Shown: in pieces, positions 1 to 10,810 of the stretch | Layout of the letters: each line of letters starts with the position of its first letter | Numbering within the stretch: position 1 is the stretch's first letter | DNA from: Priapulus caudatus | Lineage: Eukaryota | Assembly: GCF_000485595.1 (NCBI RefSeq) | Contig: NW_014577064.1 | Coordinates: forward strand, 432,479-472,816 | Length of the DNA stretch: 40,338 bases | Reading direction: 5' to 3' | Translations under genes and position numbers: made by a program | The notes under the pieces: generated by a model | The model's input: only the letters and a program-made list of their open reading frames with translations | What the model was told of the DNA's origin: nothing | The model's database searches: none

Positions 1-604
1 CGCGTGTGTGCTTCGTTCCATCATCGTCACTACACGAGCCTTATTTCCCTCTGCCGACGAATCCCTGTCATGGGAAGGTAACGTCGTAGTTATATAATCA
101 GCCGTTGATCGAGCACACTATTAGAACATAAGAGGAGATGCGATGTGAACTCTGGGCTCGTCTCTATGATAATGGTGCTGTAGAATTTCATTGCGTTCGA
201 ATCCCTCGAGTGTATACAAACCAAGGATCACTATAAGTGACGTTCTTGGTTCTGATGAAACCAATACACGAGGGAGATGTGTGTGAGACGAGGGAGAGAT
301 GTCTGTGGAAACCACACACACGAGTGGGAACGCCTCAAAATAAACTGCTGTGGCAGAAAGCGCGCGCGTGTGTGTCTTTGTGTGTGTGTGTGTGTGTATT
401 TTTAGAAAGAAAGCGAGACACAAAAGAAGAGAGTTACGGGAGATATAGTGACGAGAGAAAGGGAAAAAGGAGAGAGACTAGAGGAGGAAAGTGAGAGATA
501 GATAGGTGGATAGATGGGTGGATAGAGAGATAGAGAGAAAGAGAGCGACGGGGAGGAAAATTCTCTACTGTTTTTACTTACTTTACGATCTTGCTTTTTT
601 CTAG

Positions 605-748
605 GTACCTTGCCAGGAATGAAATAAGGTGGTTGGATGAAAATACCTTCGATGGCCTGTACAGCCTCCACGACCTGATTCTCTCGCACAATAGTCTGAA
701 GAGTATCGGCGAAAACCTCTTCAAGAATCTTATTAAACTAAAAAACTT
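605..748 (+). CDS. rk: LGR exon encoding two 24-aa LRRs
   Basis: ttttctag|G acceptor and TT|gtatgt donor; 144 nt, phase 2-2 as is typical of LRR exons; [47 protein letters not shown]. Confidence 0.88.
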
Positions 749-3700
749 GTATGTTATCTATGTATTCAGTGGAGTGAAAGTACACACACACACGCGCGCG
801 CACACACACATCGCTCTCTCGCTCTCTCTCGCCGTGCCCTTACTCTCCCACTCTTCTTTATCGCTACCCATTTTACTCATTTTGGTATGTTTTTTCTATT
901 ATAAATGCATATTCTATATGAATATTTGTATTTTAGACAGATTGATAGATTAGCGCTTTATGCTAACATACTCAGTGTTTGCAATTATACCTGTCAAAAT
1001 ATACAATCATGCACACCACCAAATGTATCATATAGATGCAAAATACTTTGGCTATAAATTATACATTTTAATAATTACGCATGATATTATTATAATTTTA
1101 ATACTATTATTATGATGATTATCCAAATGGCATTAGAATAAATGTGCAACGATGTAATCTCTCACGCTCAATTGACGTTTCTCTCATAATTAAGACGTGA
1201 TTAAATTTCAACAACTACACAAAAGGTCATCGCCAAGGTCATCGCCAGGCTTTAGTATTCTATTCTTACCCCTAACCCTAACGTTAACCTAAACCTGACC
1301 CGGACACTAGCCATAGCCCTAACTTTAAACCTAACCATAACGCTAATTCCTAACTGAAATATTAACTCTATCAACTCTTAATCGTATTCTTAAATCTACA
1401 CCTCAGACGAACCATATAACCCTAAATATCGCTATAGCACCAACCCTAACCCTACCTGTAACCTTACCATTTCCGTAACACTAGCTTTAAGCCTAACCAT
1501 TTCCTTGACACTAGCTTTAAGCCTAACCATTTTCTTGACACTAGCTCTAAGCCTAACCCTTGTCCTTGTTCTAAATCGAGTCCTAACAGTATACTCGACG
1601 CCGATACTCGCAGTAAACCTATTTCGAAATCTAGCCCCAAGCTGATCCTCAAATAAACCCGAATGCTACTGTTAACCCGATCTATAACGGTTTACTAAAG
1701 GTAATTACCATAGCATTAACTGTGACCATAACAGAAGCGCAACATTTCTCGTAACCACATTTACAATACTGGTCACAGCATCAACCCTGACCCTAATAGC
1801 ATCAACAACATTTCAGACAATTCAACAGAAAAAATTCGACAATTCTTAAATTTGACCAAATCAATACAGAAGTCCCATTCCACGCGCTAAATATCGCCCT
1901 GGATCAACTAACGAATATCGACAGGTCGGTAACTAGATCTCGGCGCGCATGCAACCATCGAATTTAACCAATTTTCGAGCAATTCAACCTTTGCCCAACC
2001 ATTCGACATTTCGCAGATCCGAACGAGAGCATACACGTCGGCGATAACTTCGAGCATCTCGTCAAGGAATTCTGGGACAAGTTCGGCACCGACTACAACT
2101 ACAACTACAACGCCGAGAACGTGACGCCGTCGCAGATCGAGTGGATCGCCGAGCTGCAGCCGCAGACGAACGCCGAGGACATCAAAATACCGCCTCCGCC
2201 AATTAAATGCCTGCCAAAACCAGGTGACGTGCGCCGATTAGCTTCGTTAGTAATTACGCTGCGAGGGTGCGGCATGCGCGCCTGCACACCCAAGTAACGG
2301 TTAAAGACGCACACCAATGGAATCCTTCGAGGTTGTTGTATTCATAGTAGGATCACGATGCGTAGGTGAACAGATAATCATATGGACGAAATTATCTATG
2401 AACACGAAATCCGTATAAACGAAACGATGTATATGACGTCGAAACGATTATACACGAAGGGGCAGCTCATCGGCTTTGTTATATGAATGATATCCAAGTT
2501 CCAACCCCATATAGAAGAGGATTGATGTGCATACATGTTACGACTACGGCTATACCCGGATGCGTATTGTACATCCAAATATAAACGTCGTTTGTAATTA
2601 CGTTTAAAATGTTATAATAACGTATAATAAACACGTTATAATAACGTGTAACAACTTTCGTGCCGAAACTCTCTCGGATTATAATTTAGCGATGATTATG
2701 ACTCATTTGCTAGCAATCTATATATATATATANNNNNNNNNNNNTATATATATATATATAGTTGACGATTATGACTCCTGCGTGGTTGCTTACAGGACCA
2801 TTCCAGCCGTGTGATGATCTGTTTGGCTGGTGGTCACTACGCTGCGGTGTCTGGATAGTGTTCCTACTGGCCGTATTAGGCAATGGCGTCGTCATTATCA
2901 ACATCCTCTGCAGCCACAGCAAGCTGGATGTGCCACGCTTTCTCATCTGTAACCTCGCATCCGCCGATTTCCTCATGGGAATCTACTTAGGTAACTCGAT
3001 CATCGAATATTTAATCATACGACATTTGAACCCTAGTTGGCCTATTTTATGCATTTTAATTAACTGTCTAATTGGGTGGGGCACATGTAAAGAATTTTGT
3101 GCCAATGTGTCGCATATTTTACAATTATTTAGATAGATTTTCCTAGTTTATTTTTCTCTCTGCACATCTTTTACATATATGCTATTATTTAACAATAAAT
3201 TTATATGAAATTCAACACGTAATTTATAATTAGTAATATGTCATATATAAAACTTAATAAAATAAAATACATTCAGTTTTATATATGACATATTACTATA
3301 ATATAATATAATGATAATATGGATAAAATACTAACGGCGAAACCTACGCTTAAAACGCGACGGTGTCGGCGACTTTTAAGGTTCTCTAACATTTGCCACT
3401 AGTGTGGACGGATGGGTAGCGTACCTTCCCCTTCGTGCATGTGTTTCTTCCCCCTTATGTATGTGGCTCATCCTCCCTCATGAATGTATTATTACCTTCA
3501 TGTACATGTTAATTCCTCCTTCATGCACGTGCTTCTCCCCTTCATGGATGTGTTCTTCCCTCATGCATGTATTTCTCTCCTTTATAAATGTATTTCTCCC
3601 CCTCGTGCACGTTTTTCTCCCCCTAACGCATCCGATACCCTCAAGCATGTATTAAATTGTTCTTCCCTCATGCATGTGTTTTCTCCCCCCCCCCCAACAA

Positions 3701-6700
3701 TGTATTTGTTTCCCCCCTCCATGCACGTGTCCCTCCTCCCTCGTGCTTGCGTCATCCCCTTCATGCATGTGTCTCTCCCCTCTTCCTCTTCCCCGTGCAT
3801 GTTTTCCTTTCCCCTTCATGCATGCGTTCCACCCATATATGTGTTCCCCCCTCATGCATGCGTTCCTCTCATATAATTATGTGTTTCCCCCTCATGTACG
3901 CGTTTATCTCCTCTCATCCATGTGCTCCTGTCCTTCACGTATATGTGTTCCTCCCCCACATGTATGTGTTCCTGCATGTTTCTGTATGCGTTCCTCTCTC
4001 CTGCAGGCATGCTGGCCATCGTCGACACGATGACGTTGGGCGAGTTCAAGAAGTCAGCCGTGTCGTGGCAGACGAGCACGGGCTGTCAGGTGGCCGGCTT
4101 CCTGGGCGTGTTCAGCAGCGAGTTGTCCGTCTTCACACTCACCATCATCACGCTGGAGCGCTTCTACGCGATCACGCACGCGATGGACCTCAACAAGCGG
4201 CTGTCGCTGAAGAACGCCGCCTACGTCATGTCAAACGGCTGGGTGTTCGCCTTCGTGCTGGCGCTGCTGCCGCTCGTCGGCGTCAGCGACTACCAGAAGT
4301 TTGCCGTCTGCCTGCCGTTCGAGACGGACAACGTCTACTCGAAGACCTACGTCGTCTTTCTCATGGTATCTAACAGCATGGCGTTTGTCATCATCTGCGG
4401 CTGTTACTCGAAGATGTACTGGTCGATACGCGGCTCGCAGGCCTGGAACTCGAACGACATGCGCGTCGCCAAGCGCATGGCCGTGCTCGTCTTCACCGAC
4501 TTCCTGTGCTGGGCGCCAATCGCCTTCCTATCGATCACCGCCGCCTTCGGTAAGACGCTCGTCTCCGCCGAGGAGGCGAAGATTTTCACGATCTTTGCGC
4601 TGCCGCTCAACTCGTGCGCGAACCCGTTCCTTTACGCGATCTTCACGAAGCAGTTCAAGAAGGACTGCACGATCCTGTCGCATCGCATCGCCGAGAGCGC
4701 CATCTACACTTGGAACGCGTCCAAGTCCGTGTTCCAGCGGCAGGGCACGCACATCTACAGCAACAGCTCGAGTCGGCAGTCCGGCAACAGCCTGCGCGGC
4801 AGCAACAACGCTTCCGACGTGGTCCACGTGCAAGTGCGCCACGCGCAGGAGTCCGTGCGCTTCCACTGCGAGCCGGGCATACCGACGTACCGGCAGACGC
4901 GGCTCGACATCCGCGACTTCCACTCGGAGACGGATCCGTACAAGTACTCCTACTCGGAGCACTCGAACTCGTACGTCAGCGAGCCGCCGATACATCTCTG
5001 TGTGAGCGGCGAACAGAGCAAGCTGCTCAGCGAGCACAACAACCGCTGCGGCGCGACCTCTAGCGGCAGTCAGGCGCTGGCGCCGCCGCGCCGTCAGTCG
5101 GACAACATGCCGACGATCGCGGCCGACTCCCTCATCGGCTGTCAATCAACGGGCGAGGCCCCGCCCTCCGCAGAAAAGCACGGTAAGGCGTGGACGGCGA
5201 AGCTGCGTTGCGTGGCTGAGGCCGCCTGGGCGGACTCGCACCGGCCGACGTGCCACGCAGTGAGGAGGGAACCGCGGGCCAGCCACTCGACTAGCGTCGC
5301 TTCCATTTCGGACAGCGCACCGTGTCGCTGTGCGGCGTGCGAGTGGAAGCTGCTGCAATCCGGCGCCGACAGAGGCAGCGGCGACGAGAGAGCAAGTCAA
5401 CGCGGTGCGCGGTACCGCGACCTGGAGCCCAGCGGCAGCAGCGGCGGCAGTGGCAGACACGCCTCTGTGGATGAGCCGATCTACGTGAGCCTCGTACCGG
5501 GGAGGACCAGGACGCCAGCGCGGCCACGCATCCTGCAGAAGAAGAGTAACAGCCTGACGAACATCCACGACGGCGCTCGCGGCCGCAAGAGGACGCTCAA
5601 GTCGCCCGACGGCGGCGCGCCGGTGCTGCTCTCGCAGCGCGCGCACAGTCTGCCGTCACTCTGGTCGCTCGGCTCCCCCACCGAGCTGCAGCTCATTAAC
5701 GTCGACGCCGTCGTCAAGCCGACCGTCGGCATTAGTCCGGGAAACTCCGTCGTCCTGCTCGACGCGTCGGCGAGCGAATCCGCCGAGCCGGCGACGACGC
5801 AGTGCCACCACTGCCGACGACTCGGCTCTGGCGCCTCGTGCGCCTTCGACCATCTGTCGGCGCCGATGGGCGAGACGACGGACTCGCTGTGTGCGCCGCG
5901 CTCGCATGGTCGCCGGCTACACTGGTACGGCGGGCGGCGGCACCCGGGTCGCTTCTCAACGCGCGACTACAACAGCTCGTTCTCGCTGGACGGCTCGCGC
6001 ATGCGGCCCTCGAAGGCCGACCTGCGCGCCATCCGTTACCATAGCAACCCGCTGATGAGCGTCGGCGGACACACGTGCTCGCCGAGCAAGATCGGCCTGT
6101 TCTTCCAGAACCCGAATCACTCGTGTAAGCCCGTACCATGTGCGTGCCTCTATAAGGGCATCAAGCGGCAGCGCGAGGCGGCCATCGCCGAGGCGATGCT
6201 GAAGCGAGACAGCAGAAAGGGCGTGCATCTAGCGGTCGGCGCCGCGGCTCGGCAGGCCCCCGCCGTGCCGACCGCAGCACACTACCACGACACGCTACTA
6301 GCCGAGAACGAGCTGGTCAGCGAGACGAGTTCGCTGCTAGGCCCAGACCGCGAGAAGCGATGGCGAGAGGATGCAGAGCGCGAGCGTCGATACTCAGGGG
6401 ACGACGAACGCGGGAAGAGATATTCAGTGGGCGAAGATGAGGAAGGCAACAGCGGTTGGTCGGAGGGCGGGAAACGCGAAAAGAGATGGCCGAAAGATGA
6501 CGAAGAGGCAGCGGAGGGCTGTGATGAAACCTCGCCTTTGTCTTCGAAGAAGGCATGGCGACGTAACCTGGCACAGCTGGATACGGCTGAGCCAGGCCTC
6601 TCCCGCTGCGCGGAGGAGGATGCTAGTGTGCCCATGCAGGACTTCTGCAATGGAAATCCGCTGCGTCATGACAGGCTCTCATGCTCCGTGACAAGAGAGA

Positions 6701-6738
6701 GTCAGGAGAGCGGCTTCGGCGACATGGTCGAGGAGTAG
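605..6738 (+). CDS. rk: Type-B leucine-rich-repeat GPCR, bursicon receptor (rickets/LGR2)-like; 5'-partial spliced gene (exons 605-748, 2017-2223, 2796-2990, 4007-6738)
   Basis: Spliced translation gives LRRs, hinge end '[25 protein letters not shown]', '[25 protein letters not shown]', '[32 protein letters not shown]', '[31 protein letters not shown]' and '[23 protein letters not shown]'. These closely match my recollection of insect rickets. All GT-AG borders are visible. Confidence 0.9.
1265..1800. repeat. Degenerate telomere-like (CCCTAA)n-derived tract containing ~3.3 copies of a 30-bp unit (1462-1560)
   Basis: Recurrent cctaac/ccctaa hexamer variants; unit cctaaccatttccttgacactagctttaag. 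Confidence 0.65.
2017..2223 (+). CDS. rk: LGR hinge-region exon (missed by ORF track)
   Basis: tttcgcag|AT ... CCAG|gtgacg; 207 nt, phase 1-1, GC3-rich codons; ends IKCLPKP and joins in frame to GPFQPCDDL of the next exon. Confidence 0.85.
2796..2990 (+). CDS. rk: LGR exon: hinge end, TM1, TM2
   Basis: cttacag|GA ... TTAG|gtaact; 195 nt; [33 protein letters not shown]...FLMGIYL. Confidence 0.93.
3420..4000. repeat. Degenerate ~20-bp pyrimidine-rich minisatellite ending at the terminal-exon acceptor
   Basis: Recurrent ttcccccctcatgcatgtgt-like units. Confidence 0.75.
4007..6738 (+). CDS. rk: LGR terminal exon: TM2 end to TM7 plus long cytoplasmic tail
   Basis: ctctcctgcag|GC acceptor; open to TAG at 6736-6738; GC-rich codon usage throughout. 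Confidence 0.92.
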
Positions 6739-7005
6739 AAGAACCGACGGCGGTTCGTGTCTCGCGGCATTTAAACTCGATATTTGATTAACTCGATCTA
6801 TATTTACGACCAGAGGGTTTTGGATTATAAAATCGCGTGTTCGTGTGAAAGAGAACGATGTGTTCGATACGATCATATTCGCTTGTTTCCGATTTATTAA
6901 CGAACTAAAACCGCATTACTTAATTTAACCATGTATTATGAACCTCTGTATTATGAACACACACCCGCACCCCCTCCCCCCCCCCCACACATACACAAAC
7001 ACACA

Positions 7006-7839
7006 NNNNNNNNNNNNNNNNNNNNNNNNNNNNNNNNNNNNNNNNNNNNNNNNNNNNNNNNNNNNNNNNNNNNNNNNNNNNNNNNNNNNNNNNNNNNNNN
7101 NNNNNNNNNNNNNNNNNNNNNNNNNNNNNNNNNNNNNNNNNNNNNNNNNNNNNNNNNNNNNNNNNNNNNNNNNNNNNNNNNNNNNNNNNNNNNNNNNNNN
7201 NNNNNNNNNNNNNNNNNNNNNNNNNNNNNNNNNNNNNNNNNNNNNNNNNNNNNNNNNNNNNNNNNNNNNNNNNNNNNNNNNNNNNNNNNNNNNNNNNNNN
7301 NNNNNNNNNNNNNNNNNNNNNNNNNNNNNNNNNNNNNNNNNNNNNNNNNNNNNNNNNNNNNNNNNNNNNNNNNNNNNNNNNNNNNNNNNNNNNNNNNNNN
7401 NNNNNNNNNNNNNNNNNNNNNNNNNNNNNNNNNNNNNNNNNNNNNNNNNNNNNNNNNNNNNNNNNNNNNNNNNNNNNNNNNNNNNNNNNNNNNNNNNNNN
7501 NNNNNNNNNNNNNNNNNNNNNNNNNNNNNNNNNNNNNNNNNNNNNNNNNNNNNNNNNNNNNNNNNNNNNNNNNNNNNNNNNNNNNNNNNNNNNNNNNNNN
7601 NNNNNNNNNNNNNNNNNNNNNNNNNNNNNNNNNNNNNNNNNNNNNNNNNNNNNNNNNNNNNNNNNNNNNNNNNNNNNNNNNNNNNNNNNNNNNNNNNNNN
7701 NNNNNNNNNNNNNNNNNNNNNNNNNNNNNNNNNNNNNNNNNNNNNNNNNNNNNNNNNNNNNNNNNNNNNNNNNNNNNNNNNNNNNNNNNNNNNNNNNNNN
7801 NNNNNNNNNNNNNNNNNNNNNNNNNNNNNNNNNNNNNNN
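7006..7839. other. Assembly gap (N run)
   Basis: Continuous Ns; smaller N runs also near 2733, 11887 and 37469. Confidence 1.
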
Positions 7840-7910
7840 GCAGGCAGCATATGTTGCAACATATTTTCAATTTAGGTTTAGCTCACTGTGGCTTCAAATT
7901 GTGTCATATG

Positions 7911-7953
<43 letters not shown>

Positions 7954-8825
7954 GTGTGTGTGTGTGTATATAATTATATATATATGTATATATATCTGAT
8001 GAGAGCGTATCTAGCGAATATCACTAATATTAATGTAACTAGGGAAAAACCATTCTATCTAAACCTTAAAAATCTAAGTGAATCAAAGTTGTAGAACCAG
8101 CATAATAGCCATAAATAAGCACATGTTTATTTTTCCACCACAGTCACCATTAAAAGCTGAATATTTCCTTTTGTGCTAAAAATAACCAGTGACCCAGATC
8201 CGTTACAATGGACTTTAGTGTATAGATTCTATACTGTTACTTGGTAATAAATATTTTATACCGATTTGTGTTTCGTATACAGGCGAATCCCTCCATCTGA
8301 TAGAAAGAATATATCTTATCAGAAACAATATTTAATAATTTGTGCAAATGAGGATGTGTTCGCACCCGCTAATTACATTAATACATGCATATCAGTCGAT
8401 TGCTAGCCGTGCTCAATTAGTGTTCTACTATAAACTACACGACATATAGCTCACAGACAAATATATAAATAACTATATATAATATATATATATATATATA
8501 TCCGTCGTTGTCTGTTTATCCTGTTACACACTCTGATGCTCAACGTGTTGCCGATATTGCACATGTATCTAGTACCTGTGATCGTATCATAGCAAGTGTA
8601 CGTGATAGTGTATATTTGCTAGATGGGGTTGATCAGCATAGCACGATATCGGTATATAGAGGTAAAGATATTAAGATGTTTGAATTGATCTTTTGTCGAG
8701 AATTCAATAAAACAGTTTCTTTGTCACTGTAGAATCGGTATTTTTACTGCCCACGCACATATTTTCGTAGTTGACTAATTATAGACGCGGATGATTTTGA
8801 ACAGAACTATTAAACACAATCAAGT

Positions 8826-9095
8826 GCGAGAGAAGGCGCGAAACGACGGAAATGGCGTGCGAGAGAGCGAGAGAGAGGGGAGCGCGCGAGAGACGACGGA
8901 AATGGCGTGCGAGAGAGCGAGAGAGCGAGAGAGGAGCGCGCGAGAGACGAGGGAAATGGCGTGCGAGAGAGCGACAGAGAGAGAGAGAGAGCGAGAGAGA
9001 GAGGAGCGCGCGAGAGACGACGGAAATGGCGTGCGAGAGAGAGAGAGAGAGGGGAGCGCGCGAGAGACGAGGGAAATGGCGTGCGAGAGAGCGAC

Positions 9096-9129
<34 letters not shown>

Positions 9130-9221
9130 GAGCGCGCGAGAGACGACGGAAATGGCGTGCGAGAGAGCGAGAGAGCGAGAGAGGAGCGCGCGAGAGACGA
9201 GGGAAATAGCGTGCGAGAGAG

Positions 9222-9258
<37 letters not shown>

Positions 9259-9485
9259 GAGGGAGCGCGCGAGAGACAAGGGAAATAGCGTGCGAGAGAG
9301 AGAGAGAGGGAAGCGCGCGAGAGACAAGGGAAATAGCGTGCGAGAGAACGAGAGACGAGGGAAATGGCGTGCGAGAGAGCGAGAGAGAGAGGTAAAGATC
9401 GTTCGCGAAAGAGGACAAGGGGAATGGCGGTGCGAAGAGTAGAGCAGAGAGGGGAGGCGCGCCGAAGACGAGGGGAAATGGCGGG

Positions 9486-9537
<52 letters not shown>

Positions 9538-9912
9538 AGGGAGCGCGGCGAGAGACGAGGAAAGTACGTGCGAGAGAAGCGAGAGAGAGAGAGAGAGAGA
9601 GGGGAGCGGCCGCGCAGAGACGAGGGAAATGGCGTTGCGAGAGAAGGCGAGAGAGAGGAGGGAGCGCGCGAAGAGACAAGGGAAATGGCGTGGCGAGAAG
9701 AGAGAGAAGAGGGAGCGCGCGAAGACGAGGGAATGCGTGCGAGAGAGAGGAGAGAGTAGAGGGAGCGCGCGAGAGAACGAGGGAAATGGGTGCGAGAGCG
9801 AGAGAGAGGGGAGACGCGCGAGAGACGAGGAAATGGTCGAGAGAGAGAGAGAGGGCGAGGCGCGCGAGAGACGGGGAAATGGCGTGCGAGAGAGAGAGAG
9901 AGGGGAGCGCGC
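8826..9912. repeat. Compound minisatellite with variable (GA)n spacers
   Basis: Unit core agcgcgcgagagacga(c/g)ggaaatggcgtgc followed by (ga)n; copies become indel-rich after ~9350. Confidence 0.92.
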
Positions 9913-10390
9913 ATGGAGAAGATTGTAACACTTATGGTTGGGAGGTCCAGATTGAAGATTGTAAACCTGATGTTTTATACGCAATTTATTTTATTGACTG
10001 GACCCAAATGGATCTATGGTAAAGATGTGATGGGTGACGATGTCCTGGTGTTATTTGACATGAAGCAGGGCATTTGGCAAACGGAAGTGACACACTTAAA
10101 GAGTTGGGGGTCAGAATTGCAGGATTGCATACATTCTGTGGTGTTTTATAAGGCTATTGAAGAATTGTGATTTGGTTCATTGGGCTTTTGGAGTTCAAAT
10201 ACTCACAAGTTAGTCGTCTTGTTTGATTGTCAGGGCAAGGGCATTTGTAGGCCTAACATGAACACGCTCCGCCCATAGCCCTAGCACTTCGCACCCTTTG
10301 AGCTCGCATATATAAGCCCACCTAGAATTCATTCATCTGGATGCCACAGGACTGCCGCGGGCAGGGTCATACATCGAGAAACGGGGGGGT

Positions 10391-10810
10391 TTATGCGTAG
10401 TCGCAGCACTATCCGATCTCCGAGCGTGATCGGGAAGGCTTCAGTTTGTATCCGGGAAGCTTAAGTTTGTAAATCGGGAGGCTAAGTTTGGCGCGAGGTT
10501 TTTTTGGCCCAGATTCGCATTTGAATCGGACGCGGATAGTGTGCAAGCTTACGACGCCGACTCCGGGATAGTGTCGTGGCCATCCGACCCGATCGGCGAG
10601 CGCTGAGAAAATGACACGCGCATCTACAGAGCAGGCGCTTATGGAAACGCGCCTTCGTAAACACGGCGGAAACACTCCCGACGCCTTAGTACAACGCAAT
10701 CCGCTGAACGCGACGAGAGTGCCATGTTTGCGCCAAACTTTGAGTCGGACAGTGTGCGGGGCCGCTCCCGATCGATCGGGAATGCGGGCGTATAGTGTGC
10801 GGAGGGCTTA
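10391..10810. mobile_element. Decayed non-autonomous DNA transposon/MITE (possibly Harbinger-like)
   Basis: Right end ...cccgatcgatcggg...tatagtgtgcggagggctta has a degenerate inverted counterpart at the left (gcactatccg...gatcgggaaggc); internal repeats of ggatagtgtgc; tta at both ends. Confidence 0.4.

Noticed and set aside
1..83. Possible exon ending at GGGAAG|gtaacg
   Set aside because: None of the three frames looks like an LRR or other LGR sequence; the donor-like motif alone is insufficient
3922..4006. N-terminal 28 aa of the 938-aa ORF
   Set aside because: Intronic minisatellite read-through; the real exon starts at acceptor 4007
4301..6691. Overlapping alternative-frame and antisense ORFs within the LGR terminal exon
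   Set aside because: Expected by-product of high GC3 codon usage; no recognisable domains
6920..7999. 300-350-aa ORFs
   Set aside because: Translations of the N gap
8779..10170. Long RE/SL-rich ORFs and a CRISPR-like repeat-spacer look
   Set aside because: The spacers are only (GA)n length variants in a eukaryotic minisatellite; no unique spacers or cas genes
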